From Candidatus Zixiibacteriota bacterium (GTDB lineage Bacteria; Zixibacteria; MSB-5A5; GN15; FEB-12), in NCBI GenBank assembly GCA_040756055.1, contig JBFLZR010000001.1:63849-127848 (forward strand): a DNA stretch of 64,000 nt, read 5' to 3'. The translations under genes and the position numbers were made by a program. Shown one piece after another: positions 1 through 9,275 of the stretch. Each line of letters opens with the position of its first letter. Position 1 is the stretch's first letter. The notes below the pieces were generated by a model that had not been told where the DNA came from, made no database searches, and saw nothing but the letters and a program-made list of their open reading frames with translations.

Positions 1-1082
1 TTCGCCTTCGAAGCAACAGAGTCTGCGTTAAACGAGTGCACCAGGGTCCGGGTCTGAATCAGCACCTGCCGGACATCTTTGAGCCGGAACTCCTCGTCGG
101 TGGTCATCATGCCCTTCAGAATGGCCTCGTTAAGCAGCGAATCAGCTTCATCGTGAGCGGCTACCAGATTGCCGATGGCGCCCGAAATATTGGATGCTGC
201 TTCGATGCCCATCGTGCCATCGTCAGCGCTGTGACAGTCCACACACACAGCCGGTGATTCAGCCCCAACCATAGCGTCAGTGGGTTTTTCGATCTTATGG
301 TTGGAGTGGCAGGTCTCGCACATCGGGTAGTCGTTTTCTTCAAAGGCGATTTTATGCGGGGAGCCATTGAAAAGATCGGCTTCGATAGCGTGGCACATGC
401 CGCAAACTGCGGACAGCGAAGAAACCCCCGGAGGGGCCGCCCCGTGATTGCCATGGCAGTCGTTGCAGGTGGGGGCGCTGACATCACCGCCTTCATACAG
501 GGCTTTAGCGTGCACAGATTCCATGTAATCATCCACCTGCGAGGTCGGTATCCTGTATTCGGCCATATAATCGGCATTGGCGTGGCACTGCCCGCAGGTC
601 AAAGCGATGTTGGTCGGATGGGTGCTCGAATGCGGCATCTTGGCGTCCCCGATTTCATGCACCGAGTGACAGGAAATACAGTTGGCCACCTTGGGGTCAT
701 TCTTTCCAAACAACCGCTGGCCGTGAATCGAAGTCTTGTATTTGTCAAGCTGGTCGGTCGCAAGAGCGGGATTGTGATTTCTCATATAAACAGCGTCGCT
801 GTGACACTCCGCGCAGAATTCAGGAACCTCCCGATGAGTTGGTATGCCCCGGTAGCCTTTGACCTGACGCACCTGCTCCATATCGTCAAGAGTCATATCC
901 CCGCCGTGACAGTCCACACATCCCAGCCCCTTCTGGATGTGAACATCGCGGACAATCTTGTGCGATGGACCGTCGTCGTCCTCAAAATCGAAATGGCAAT
1001 CGCGACAATTGTCCTGTGCCAGGCAAGGCGAAATGCCCAGCATCAGCAGAAAAACCAAAACTGTCGAACCTGTCTTGAACAT
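1..1082 (-). CDS. Multiheme c-type cytochrome (N-terminus in window, C-terminus beyond left edge)
   Basis: Own minus-strand translation from ATG (rc of 1080-1082). AAGAGGAG RBS lies in the 12 nt after the cyt b stop. Signal-like MFKTGSTVLVFLLMLGISPCLAQ. Nine CxxCH motifs (CRDCH, CVDCH, CAECH, CISCH, CGQCH, CNDCH, CGMCH, CETCH, CVDCH). Frame is open to position 1, so it is missing from the ORF track. Confidence 0.85.
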   Translation of the reverse strand, partial: MFKTGSTVLVFLLMLGISPCLAQDNCRDCHFDFEDDDGPSHKIVRDVHIQKGLGCVDCHGGDMTLDDMEQVRQVKGYRGIPTHREVPEFCAECHSDAVYMRNHNPALATDQLDKYKTSIHGQRLFGKNDPKVANCISCHSVHEIGDAKMPHSSTHPTNIALTCGQCHANADYMAEYRIPTSQVDDYMESVHAKALYEGGDVSAPTCNDCHGNHGAAPPGVSSLSAVCGMCHAIEADLFNGSPHKIAFEENDYPMCETCHSNHKIEKPTDAMVGAESPAVCVDCHSADDGTMGIEAASNISGAIGNLVAAHDEADSLLNEAILKGMMTTDEEFRLKDVRQVLIQTRTLVHSFNADSVASKA

Positions 1083-1094
1083 GAACTCCTCTTA

Positions 1095-2210
1095 CTAAAC
1101 CAGATAACCCATAACTGTCATGGCCAGAATAAATGCCACGACAAACCAACCAAACGCCATTAGATATTGCGCCTTCTGATCCGCCCGCTTCTTATCCAGA
1201 AAGGGCACCAGCGTCCAGACCAGGCCGCCAATACCAAACAGTATGATGCCGAACAATTCACCTTCGATAAACAAAACATGGGCCGGCAGAAGTTTCAGCG
1301 CCTGAAATGCGAACATAAAATACCATTCCGGACGAATCACTTCCGGCGGCGGGGCGAACGGATCCGCCTTGGCACCCAGCGGCCAGTGAACCACCCCGAT
1401 ACCATCGGGAAACAACACCGCCAGCACCGCAAGAATATTCAGCACGATGAGCCAGACCAGAAGATCCCTCAGTATAAAACTCGGGAAAAACCTCTGGTAT
1501 CGCTTTGCGCCTTCCGACTTCCCTGCCCACTGAACCGGTTCGCTCATCCCCTGGCGCTGGATGAAAATCAAATGGGCCGCCAGAAGCACCGTGAATATAC
1601 CCGGAAGAATCGCCACGTGAAGACCAAAGAAACGCCCGATAGTCGCCCCTGTCACTTCTTCACCGCCACGCATAATAACCATGACACTCTCACCGATCAG
1701 CGGAATGGCGCCGGCCATACCCGTACCGACCCGCGTCGCAAAAAAGGCCAGCTCGTTCCATGGAAGCAAATAACCCGAGAATCCGAACATCAGCGCCAGC
1801 CCCAAAAGGCCTATGCCGGAGAGCCAGGTCAACTCCCGCGGCTTGCGATAAGCGTGCGTGAAAAAGACCGTGAACATGTGAAGAAACACGGCCAGAATCA
1901 TCAGGTTGGCCGACCACGAATGAATCGAGCGAATCAACCACCCGAACTGAACATTGGCCACAATGAACCTGACCGACTCGTACGCCGAATCGGCTCCCGG
2001 ACGGTAATACATCAATAGGAGTATTCCGGTGACAACCTGAACGATAAACAGGAAAAGCGAAATCCCGCCCAGATAGTAGAATGCCGAATGGCCGTGTACG
2101 GGCACTTTCTTGTCGCCCATGTAATCGACAAGCGCATCGACCTTGAAACGCTCATTGACCCACGCATACAGGCGAGCATAAAGCCCCTCTTTGACTCCAC
2201 CGCCCGCCAT
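1095..2210 (-). CDS. Cytochrome b (fused b6/subunit IV type) of a Rieske/cyt b complex
   Basis: 371 aa polytopic protein. His-bearing helices (SIHSWSANLMILAVFLHMF) and PEWYF motif (IRPEWYFMFAFQALK). Start overlaps the Rieske stop by 1 nt. Confidence 0.9.
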   Translation of the reverse strand: MAGGGVKEGLYARLYAWVNERFKVDALVDYMGDKKVPVHGHSAFYYLGGISLFLFIVQVVTGILLLMYYRPGADSAYESVRFIVANVQFGWLIRSIHSWSANLMILAVFLHMFTVFFTHAYRKPRELTWLSGIGLLGLALMFGFSGYLLPWNELAFFATRVGTGMAGAIPLIGESVMVIMRGGEEVTGATIGRFFGLHVAILPGIFTVLLAAHLIFIQRQGMSEPVQWAGKSEGAKRYQRFFPSFILRDLLVWLIVLNILAVLAVLFPDGIGVVHWPLGAKADPFAPPPEVIRPEWYFMFAFQALKLLPAHVLFIEGELFGIILFGIGGLVWTLVPFLDKKRADQKAQYLMAFGWFVVAFILAMTVMGYLV

Positions 2211-2662
2211 CAGGCCTCCTCAAGACTTACAAAAATTGTCCCCTGTGTCTCTTTCACAAGATAGCGCGCCAAGGGCCTCGGGGGCGGACCGGAAATGTTG
2301 TTGCCATTGAAATCATATTTCCCGTTGTGACAGGCACACCAGATTATCCCTTCATCGGGCTTGTTCTGTACCGTGCAGTCCAGATGCGTACAAGTCGCCG
2401 ACAACGCATGCAGCTCATCCTTGTCGGTCAGGAAAATGATCCCCAGATCGCGTCCGTATTTGAAATACTTGGCCCGTTTGGGGTCGGCGGCTATATCTTC
2501 ACGCGTAAAGGTAAGCTTGAGTTGCGAAAGTTTGGCCTCACCCGCCGCAGGAGGTATGATGTACTTGATGACCGGATACAGTACAGCCCCAATGGTGGCC
2601 AGGATACCCCCTCCAAGAATTATCTCGAGAAATCCGCGCCGTGTAGGTTTATCTTCGGACAA
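2210..2662 (-). CDS. Rieske [2Fe-2S] iron-sulfur protein
   Basis: 150 aa. N-terminal RRGFLEIILGG anchor. Cluster boxes CTHLDC and CACHNG. TTG start preceded by GGAGG. Confidence 0.9.
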   Translation of the reverse strand: MSEDKPTRRGFLEIILGGGILATIGAVLYPVIKYIIPPAAGEAKLSQLKLTFTREDIAADPKRAKYFKYGRDLGIIFLTDKDELHALSATCTHLDCTVQNKPDEGIIWCACHNGKYDFNGNNISGPPPRPLARYLVKETQGTIFVSLEEA

Positions 2663-2774
2663 GTTGCCTCCGCAAAAGTGATACGGCAGTCACCCTTATT
2701 CTAACCCCCGGTGGACGACAAGTCAAACACAAAGACAAATTAATTACCAAAGATGACCCATTTAGATAAGGATC

Positions 2775-3158
2775 TTACAGAAACGCTGTGGCCTCGATCA
2801 TGATTTTCACGCCCCTGGGAAGACGGCTCACCTCACAGGCCGACCGCGCCGGTGGATTACTGTCGAAAAATGTCGCGTACACCTCATTTACCGAACCGAA
2901 ATCATCCATGTCCGTCAAAAATATCGTTGTCTTGACCACCTTGCTCAGATCGGCGCCGCCTGCCTTGAGCACTTGAGCTATATTATTCATCACCTGCGTG
3001 CACTGCTCGGCGGCTGTCCTGCCGACAATCTCCATCGTCGATGGATCGAGTGGAATATTCCCCGACAAAAACAACACCGTCCCACACGGAACTTTCACGG
3101 CCTGCGAATATGGCCCGATTGCCGATGGCGACTTATCGGTCTTGATAATCTCCTTCAT
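2775..3158 (-). CDS. ridA: RidA/YjgF-family enamine/imine deaminase
   Basis: 127 aa. The N-terminal run SAIGPYSQAVKV and the length are typical of the RidA family. Confidence 0.85.
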   Translation of the reverse strand: MKEIIKTDKSPSAIGPYSQAVKVPCGTVLFLSGNIPLDPSTMEIVGRTAAEQCTQVMNNIAQVLKAGGADLSKVVKTTIFLTDMDDFGSVNEVYATFFDSNPPARSACEVSRLPRGVKIMIEATAFL

Positions 3159-3267
3159 GTCAGCTTCCTCTCATTTCTCTATTTGCCGATCACCTGTAAT
3201 ACCCACTGAATCTACAGCAAACGGCACGGATATGAAATGATTTTTAAGGGATGAACAAAAAACGGAA

Positions 3268-4254
3268 TTACGATACCTGGGCCAGGCCTTCAGGGCCCAT
3301 CAGCTCAACGAAAGCGCGCAGCGCGTCTTCATCATACGCCCCTTTGAGCGAAAACATGATCTTCAACGATGGATACGTATCCATCGCCTTTTGATACACG
3401 CGCTCGGTCGTCATAGCATCGAATGAATCGGCAATCGAGACAATTCGCGAGTAAAGATGCATCTCGCTCAGGCTCAATCCGCTCGGATAACCGCTGCGGT
3501 CACCGCGCTCGTGATGCTGCAAAATCGGATAATACGCCGCGGCGGGAATGTCTTCGGTGCCGGTAAGAATCTCAATTCCCCACTTGGGATGTTTCTTCAT
3601 TATCTCGAACTCTATCGGATTCAAAGCCGAACGCTTGTTGAGGATACGATCCGAAATTTTCGACTTACCGATATCGTGAAGCAGCGCTCCAATACCGAGC
3701 TCGTGAAGAAACGCCCGTTCGGAATATCCCATTTGCTGCGCCAGCGCCACCGAAAATGTCGACACGTTCACCGAATGAGTATAAGTGTAATAATCGAACG
3801 AAGTTATCTTCAGCAGATTCAGAAACGCCTCGCGTCCGCTCAAGATATAATTGACTGTGTTAGCCACAAGATCTTTCGAACGGCGAATGTTCTCACCATA
3901 AGTGGGATTGGACAAGACCTCCTTGACGAGATTGGTCGAAGTCTCATAAAGAATCCCGGCCTTCTTCTCTTCTTTCACCTGCGGATCGGTAAGGATTTTC
4001 CCCAGGTTGTCTTCGATATATTTCTGATATTTGCCCCGGCTTTCGTCGGTGATATAAAGCCGGTCAACATGGTTTTCTATCAGCTTCTGCCGGGTGGCTT
4101 CGGTGAAAGGGAGATCGGCGGAGCGATAAAGGACCAGATTGCGGTTTACTTTGATAAAGAGGTCAAAATCCAGCACCGAATCTACCCGGATTGAGTCCAG
4201 ATAGATGGCCATATATTTCTGCCCCTGTACGAACTTGATGGGCGAAGTAACCAT
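3268..4254 (-). CDS. HD-GYP domain phosphodiesterase (cyclic-di-GMP turnover type)
   Basis: 328 aa. LLHDIGK plus HHERGDRSGYP motifs. Confidence 0.85.
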   Translation of the reverse strand: MVTSPIKFVQGQKYMAIYLDSIRVDSVLDFDLFIKVNRNLVLYRSADLPFTEATRQKLIENHVDRLYITDESRGKYQKYIEDNLGKILTDPQVKEEKKAGILYETSTNLVKEVLSNPTYGENIRRSKDLVANTVNYILSGREAFLNLLKITSFDYYTYTHSVNVSTFSVALAQQMGYSERAFLHELGIGALLHDIGKSKISDRILNKRSALNPIEFEIMKKHPKWGIEILTGTEDIPAAAYYPILQHHERGDRSGYPSGLSLSEMHLYSRIVSIADSFDAMTTERVYQKAMDTYPSLKIMFSLKGAYDEDALRAFVELMGPEGLAQVS

Positions 4255-4348
4255 AACTCTATAAACCGGCTCCTGTTTCGGCCTTCAGGGCACACCAATT
4301 TGCGGCTTTTCTGTCTGCATTATTATCGGCAAAAATGGCGCGGATATT

Positions 4349-4379
4349 AAAAAAACCCCCGGACGAGGCTGTCCGGGGG
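4349..4379 (-). terminator. Rho-independent terminator downstream of 4417-5037
   Basis: Stem CCCCCGGAC/GTCCGGGGG with a T-run on the minus strand (A-run 4349-4355 on plus). Confidence 0.7.
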
Positions 4380-4416
4380 CCCTGTAGGAGGGAAGAAAAC
4401 AACACAACATGCTCTT

Positions 4417-5037
4417 TTACGAGCCGTAATTCTTAACCGTATTGAGAACTGAATTCAGAGAATCAGTGATGTTCGTCAGAATCTTGGAGTAACGCCTCAG
4501 AAGCTCGGAGTATTGCCAGCGCATGTGGAAAGCGTTTTCCGGAAAATCAAACAGTTCGAGCAATGTTACCTTGTAGATCTCTTCGATGTATTTAATGACG
4601 TAGAAGGGATATTCGGGAATATTGGGGTCATCAACTTCACCCTTGCTGAGTCTCTCTTTATAGACCTCGATCTTCTCCAAAACCACCGTGCCGAAACACC
4701 ACGGAGTCATGACGATACCGAAATTCCCGCCATCGCAGTAGAAGCGACGGATGGCTTTCATGAGAATATCTACTATGACAGTCTTGGCCCGGTAATAAGC
4801 CATTGTTTCTTCGTGGGTTATCGGGGTATTGGCGATCTTGAGCGTCAACTCGTCACGATGCCTTTGAGCGTTGTCGTAGGTAAGTTCCAGAAAGCGGTAG
4901 AAGTCATCAAAATACACCTTGGTATTCTCTGACAGCGACATCGTGTAATAACCGGTCTCATCCTTGCGGACCCTGGGGTCGGTGCATTCGGCCAGTCGCT
5001 CGTTTGAAAATCCTCTTTGATATCTTCCCTCTAACAT
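4417..5037 (-). CDS. Hypothetical protein (206 aa)
   Basis: Long ORF with its own terminator. No motif recognised. Confidence 0.6.
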   Translation of the reverse strand: MLEGRYQRGFSNERLAECTDPRVRKDETGYYTMSLSENTKVYFDDFYRFLELTYDNAQRHRDELTLKIANTPITHEETMAYYRAKTVIVDILMKAIRRFYCDGGNFGIVMTPWCFGTVVLEKIEVYKERLSKGEVDDPNIPEYPFYVIKYIEEIYKVTLLELFDFPENAFHMRWQYSELLRRYSKILTNITDSLNSVLNTVKNYGS

Positions 5038-5408
5038 AAGCTCTCCTAAGGTTGACTGAGTTCAACTACCCTAAAAGCATCGCCTATGCCATTTCCGGCA
5101 AAAACGCCCCAAGCCATCCGCTGACACCCCTAACGCATTTATTTACAAGGCATTACAAGGGAAAGCGCGATTTTCGACAGCCGCGCCGGAGCCTTTTTGA
5201 GAGCGAAAATGTCTGCACACTATTTCGCAACCGAGCCAGGGATGTAAAGAAATGCATTCGCCTGACGATAAAAAACGTAGTGAGTACTGTTCAAATGTTG
5301 AACTGCAATTAACAATTTATGGGCTAAAATCTGCGGGTCATTCATACCGACATTTATAACAAACGTATTATTAGAGTCATTAATTAATGTATTCCTCGGA
5401 GGAATCTC

Positions 5409-5615
5409 ATGAGTAAGTCGTGGCGTGGCGTCAACAGGCCGCGCGGAAAGAAAGGAAAAAAGAACCGGCAACGTGACGGTTTCGAGCGCACCAGTTCGGA
5501 CGTCAACATCCGCCAGAAAGACCACTACAAAAGACACGGTCGAAGCGATGAGATCGATCTCGAAGACGAACAGTTTGAGGTTGATGAACAAATGGAGGCG
5601 GAATTGACCGAATAA
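5409..5615 (+). CDS. Small highly charged protein (68 aa)
   Basis: GGAGG 5-6 nt upstream of ATG. Strong terminator follows. Basic N-terminal half (RPRGKKGKKNRQR), acidic C-terminal half (DLEDEQFEVDEQMEAE). Confidence 0.55.
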   Translation: MSKSWRGVNRPRGKKGKKNRQRDGFERTSSDVNIRQKDHYKRHGRSDEIDLEDEQFEVDEQMEAELTE

Positions 5616-5654
5616 ACATCGAATAAAAATACAATTAATATACATGCATTTGAT

Positions 5655-5682
5655 CACCGGCCCCCGGGGCCGGTGTTTTTTT
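5655..5682 (+). terminator. Rho-independent terminator
   Basis: CACCGGCCCC/GGGGCCGGTG stem followed by TTTTTTT. Confidence 0.75.
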
Positions 5683-5752
5683 GTGTCGTCGCGAGACATC
5701 CGGCAGGTCACACTTCCCTCACGGGAACCAAGCCCTGCCAGAACACCAACGT

Positions 5753-5775
5753 CATTCCGTTGAAAAACGGAATCC
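5753..5775. repeat. Palindromic repeat CATTCCGTTGAAAAACGGAATCC
   Basis: The same 23-mer occurs in reverse orientation at 9276-9298, 9501-9523 and 9747-9769. Confidence 0.85.
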
Positions 5776-6094
5776 AGTCTTCCCGGTCATTTCGACCGGA
5801 GGGAGAAATCTTCCCGTTCGGTCAGGTCCTGGCCCGACGAAGTCGGGGTGTGACCTGACCGTCAAAAACCCTTTCCCCCAAATTGGCTTTGTTTCGTCAT
5901 TTTTAAAGGATCCTAAAACCGCGATTTTCTTCCCTAACCCATTTTTCCTGATATTGTTAACCCCTCCCCGGAAAGCCATTTGGATGCACCAAACATCACC
6001 CCTCCTGATTCTGCCCACTCTCCACCTCATACCTCACCAACCGCAAATGCATTCACCATCGATGTTGTTGGGAAAGTGCGGAGGGGGCGACAGC

Positions 6095-6658
6095 CTATTT
6101 TTCTGGAGGCAATCCAATCCTTGACAAGAAAAAAGCAAATCGATGGGATATTTGCTCGCGGAAGAGTTCGGCTACGCTACAGACGTAGTTCGTCTTGAGC
6201 AAACCTCTCAAGTATTCAACGGACACCGTGAAGTAATGCTTGAAGTCAATAACCGCCTCTGGCGTCAGTTCTGGCTGAGAACGAAAATCTAAGAAGTGAT
6301 ACCGGGGATCGTTGTTCTTCATTATATTCTTGCATGGAGTCTTGTTCCTGTTAAACGTCTGTGTAGTAATGTTCAGTTCAGATAAATGATCCCCAGATAC
6401 AAAGTGCTCGAAATTGTAGACCGGAGCTACAATCACGGAGAAGAGTTTAGAGTTAATATCAGAAGGTTGTTGGACCCCAAAGAGTCTGAACTCACTTTCC
6501 AAATCGCAATCTTGTGTTAATACTATCACTAGGGGGAATTCAATTTTCTCGATTGTGATAATTCCTTCTTTATCATCTGCCGACTCAATGACATTGACGT
6601 TTCTAAATATGTCGCCTTGTCTAATTCGCGTCGCTCGTTCCGTTGTCGTCTTCGTCAC
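6095..6658 (-). CDS. Hypothetical protein (187 aa), last gene of low-GC cassette
   Basis: ORF track. Same strand as, and contiguous with, the upstream cassette genes. No family recognised. Confidence 0.6.
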   Translation of the reverse strand: MTKTTTERATRIRQGDIFRNVNVIESADDKEGIITIEKIEFPLVIVLTQDCDLESEFRLFGVQQPSDINSKLFSVIVAPVYNFEHFVSGDHLSELNITTQTFNRNKTPCKNIMKNNDPRYHFLDFRSQPELTPEAVIDFKHYFTVSVEYLRGLLKTNYVCSVAELFREQISHRFAFFLSRIGLPPEK

Positions 6659-6935
6659 GACTTATCTTTCCCTTGATTGTTATCCTCTTCGGTTTGGCCG
6701 ATCCCCAACTAGTGGTATTTATCTCTGTCTCCATCCTAGCTTCAGCCTCCACCGTCAATTCGCCCACACCGGTTTCTGGGGTTGTGGAAGTGTCAGGCGT
6801 ACCAGATCGGTCGGCAGGCAGATCTGCTATAGTCCACGTTTCGTCAGGTGCGTCAGTGCCTTTTAACCTCGTCTTCTCTTTTGGCTTACACTCCTCGCCC
6901 GGGGGCCTGCTGACATCGTTGCACTCCATTTTCAT
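6621..6935 (-). CDS. Hypothetical Pro/Thr/acidic-rich protein (104 aa)
   Basis: ATG preceded by AAGGGGA, 8 nt after the stop of 6944-7684. Composition looks disordered. Overlaps the next ORF by 38 nt. Confidence 0.4.
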   Translation of the reverse strand: MKMECNDVSRPPGEECKPKEKTRLKGTDAPDETWTIADLPADRSGTPDTSTTPETGVGELTVEAEARMETEINTTSWGSAKPKRITIKGKISRDEDDNGTSDAN

Positions 6936-6943
6936 GTGTCCCC

Positions 6944-7684
6944 TTAGACAGAAATAACCTTTCGGAGCTCTTCCGTAATAGAATCCTCGAATAGTTCTTG
7001 GATTTTCTGATGAAAGACATCTAGTTTCTCTTTAATGTCATCGAGCTCCAGTGCACCCTGAACATATGCATCTAGATCCAGAACAAATATTTTGCGCCGA
7101 AGCGTGGCAGGAAAGTCTGGATTATGAAGCCCGAAGTTGCAGTTCATGTTGTAGTCGTCATAGGCCCAAGACACATTCTGAATAGCTTTTGTTAGGAATA
7201 ACTTTGTGTCATCTGGAATGGCACTCATGAACCCAAGACACGACGGCTTGATGTAACTGTTCCAGTCCGTCACGTCCCCCTCTCCTTCCATATCAAACTG
7301 ATTAACGTATCTCAAACCAAACCGTCTCACCATTAATTCCGGACATGACGCAAACAGCGGACCGAGAATACCCAGGAAATCTGATTTAAGTGTCTCATAA
7401 GAGTCGTACTTCTTGTACTCAAGAAACGCATGCTGCGGCGACAGTATAAACCTCTTTTGCTTGTTCTTACTGAAATACCTGTATTCGCGGACTCTGACCC
7501 AAGACGCACCTGGGTCTGTGGTCAATGGTTCTTCCTCGAGTGGCTCCAAAATGGGAAATCTACCGTAGAGAGCCTTCTGAAGGTCTTTACTCAGACCTGT
7601 TGCGATCTGCTTGATTGGGTGTGTATAATCAATTCTCGCTACGACATCTGTGAGCTTCGGGTTAGCGTAGTGTATGTCGGACAT
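6944..7684 (-). CDS. Uncharacterized protein, tentatively TIGR04255-like
   Basis: 246 aa. Assignment rests on recollection of the size and N-terminal pattern of that sporadically distributed family, and is not verified. Confidence 0.6.
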   Translation of the reverse strand: MSDIHYANPKLTDVVARIDYTHPIKQIATGLSKDLQKALYGRFPILEPLEEEPLTTDPGASWVRVREYRYFSKNKQKRFILSPQHAFLEYKKYDSYETLKSDFLGILGPLFASCPELMVRRFGLRYVNQFDMEGEGDVTDWNSYIKPSCLGFMSAIPDDTKLFLTKAIQNVSWAYDDYNMNCNFGLHNPDFPATLRRKIFVLDLDAYVQGALELDDIKEKLDVFHQKIQELFEDSITEELRKVISV

Positions 7685-7747
7685 AGATCCTCCAATTTAC
7701 TTTCAACGGGTCGAATGCCTCTTTTTTACAGCGGACGTATCCAATCA

Positions 7748-8020
7748 TCAACCCTTCTTTATCGAAATTGACGATCCTTCCTTGCGGAACAACTTTGCGT
7801 ATTGGCGAACGCGCGCTCGAATCTGCCAGTCACTAACGGCAGACCCATCTCTTTTTTGGTAGTTTTTTCTTCGGTTCACAGCGTCCGCTATGGCGTGGGA
7901 ATCCATGGGAGCCCCATTTTCTTTGAGAATAGCTATGATCTCGTCGTGTAACGTGACTTTTTCCATCATTACTTCCACCCCTGACTGTATGAATAGTGCA
8001 TCCTTTAATTTACTTCTCAC
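7748..8020 (-). CDS. Small winged-helix (HARE-HTH-like) protein
   Basis: 90 aa; the real start may be the internal MMEKV. The pattern HDEIIAILKENGAPMDSHAIADAVNRR resembles HARE-HTH-type domains (inference). Confidence 0.5.
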   Translation of the reverse strand: MRSKLKDALFIQSGVEVMMEKVTLHDEIIAILKENGAPMDSHAIADAVNRRKNYQKRDGSAVSDWQIRARVRQYAKLFRKEGSSISIKKG

Positions 8021-8453
8021 GCTGATCTCTTGCGAGGTTAATCAATCCCTTCACATAATTCAAGTCGTGAGGCACAAACTCTCCAGTTACCTGATCGATA
8101 GTCGACACGTATAGCTTCTGCTCGGTATCATGTTTATCCATCAGTGCCTCTCTATCACCTTTTGGAAGAATCACTTCACATTTGAGCGCTTTCTGTTGAC
8201 CGTCAATCACTGAAAAAATCGAGAAGTAGTTCTTTGCATTAGAGCGGGCTCTCTTTTCCTGCGGCAATCCAAAAACGATAAGACTTTTTGGTTTCCCTTC
8301 CCAATCCTGCAATACCGCGAAATTGTCCAACTGCCAGCAATAGTCAGCCAGTGTTTGAGCAAATTCTCTAATTTCGGGGGCTGCATTCGAAAACGCCGTG
8401 TCCCGAAAATTCTCAAATTCGCTTTGACTGATACTGTCTTTTTCTCTAACCAT
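8010..8453 (-). CDS. Hypothetical protein (147 aa), first gene of cassette
   Basis: ORF track. Has an 11-nt overlap with the downstream gene. Confidence 0.55.
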   Translation of the reverse strand: MVREKDSISQSEFENFRDTAFSNAAPEIREFAQTLADYCWQLDNFAVLQDWEGKPKSLIVFGLPQEKRARSNAKNYFSIFSVIDGQQKALKCEVILPKGDREALMDKHDTEQKLYVSTIDQVTGEFVPHDLNYVKGLINLARDQREK

Positions 8454-8700
8454 TTCTGTAAACCCTTCCTCTCCCGCTTATGGACCGCTCCCCTGTGAGT
8501 CGGGCATCTGATGTTGGGTCGATGATGATAAGCGTGTGAAAGAAGATAAAGAAATCGATGAGGGTTGTCAATGAGAAGACCGTCAGGTCACCATCCCCTG
8601 ATAGGGGCTCAAGACCCGCCACAAGGCGTGCCGAGAAGCCTGACGGAACGGGTGGACCTGTGTCCTGTCGGGTCTGAAGACCCGCCGGACACAACAAACA

Positions 8701-8825
8701 TATCCCACAGCAAGCTGTTGGGGCACCCGGGAATCCCACAGCAAGCTGATGGGGCACCGGGAATCCCACAGCAAGCTGATGGGGCGCCCGGGAATTCCAC
8801 AGCAAGCTGATGGGGCACCCGGGAC
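8701..8825. repeat. Tandem repeat, 30-31 bp unit x about 4 (GGGAATCCCACAGCAAGCTGATGGGGCACC)
   Basis: Units begin near 8701, 8729, 8759 and 8790, with a truncated unit at 8821. Each contains a CAGC-AA-GCTG mini-palindrome. Confidence 0.9.
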
Positions 8826-9275
8826 AGCAGTTTCCATACATAATCGGTGGTGATTGCGAGGGAACGGAGGGATGTAGGCGTTTGATTTATCAAACGCGAC
8901 ATTCCGACACACGGGACGAGGGGTAGCCGTCAGACGGGGCGTCTGACAGCACATGAAAAAAAGGCCCAGAATCCATCGAATGTCAAAAATGAGGAAACGA
9001 AGCCAAATCTGTGTAGCGCGATGAATAAAAGGACGATACAGGGGGTTTTCCACGGGCAGATGAGACATCTGCCGCGCACGGAACGGGCAGACGAGATCCC
9101 GCGAAGCGCCAGGCCGCGCACGGAAACGCGACATCACGCCTTTTTCTCCCTCGCCCCCCGGGAGAGGGTTGGGGTGAGGGGGGTTGATTGCGTTGCGGCG
9201 GGTTCTAAGAAGGACCCGCCCTACGGGGATCGCCGGGGATGTAGGCGTTTGATTTATCAAACGCGACATCCCTTT

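Noticed and set aside
297-1163. 288-aa plus-strand ORF (and 161-577 minus, in another frame) in the ORF track
   Set aside because: It is antisense or off-frame to a clean minus-strand multiheme cytochrome c reading frame with a signal peptide, RBS and nine CxxCH motifs. Its own translation has no recognisable features.
5220-5711. 163-aa minus-strand ORF
   Set aside because: It overlaps, in antisense, the better-supported small gene at 5409-5615 (RBS plus terminator) and runs through the terminator hairpin.
8701-8825. Possible CRISPR array
   Set aside because: The units are directly abutting 30-31-bp tandem repeats with no unique spacers, and no cas genes are nearby.
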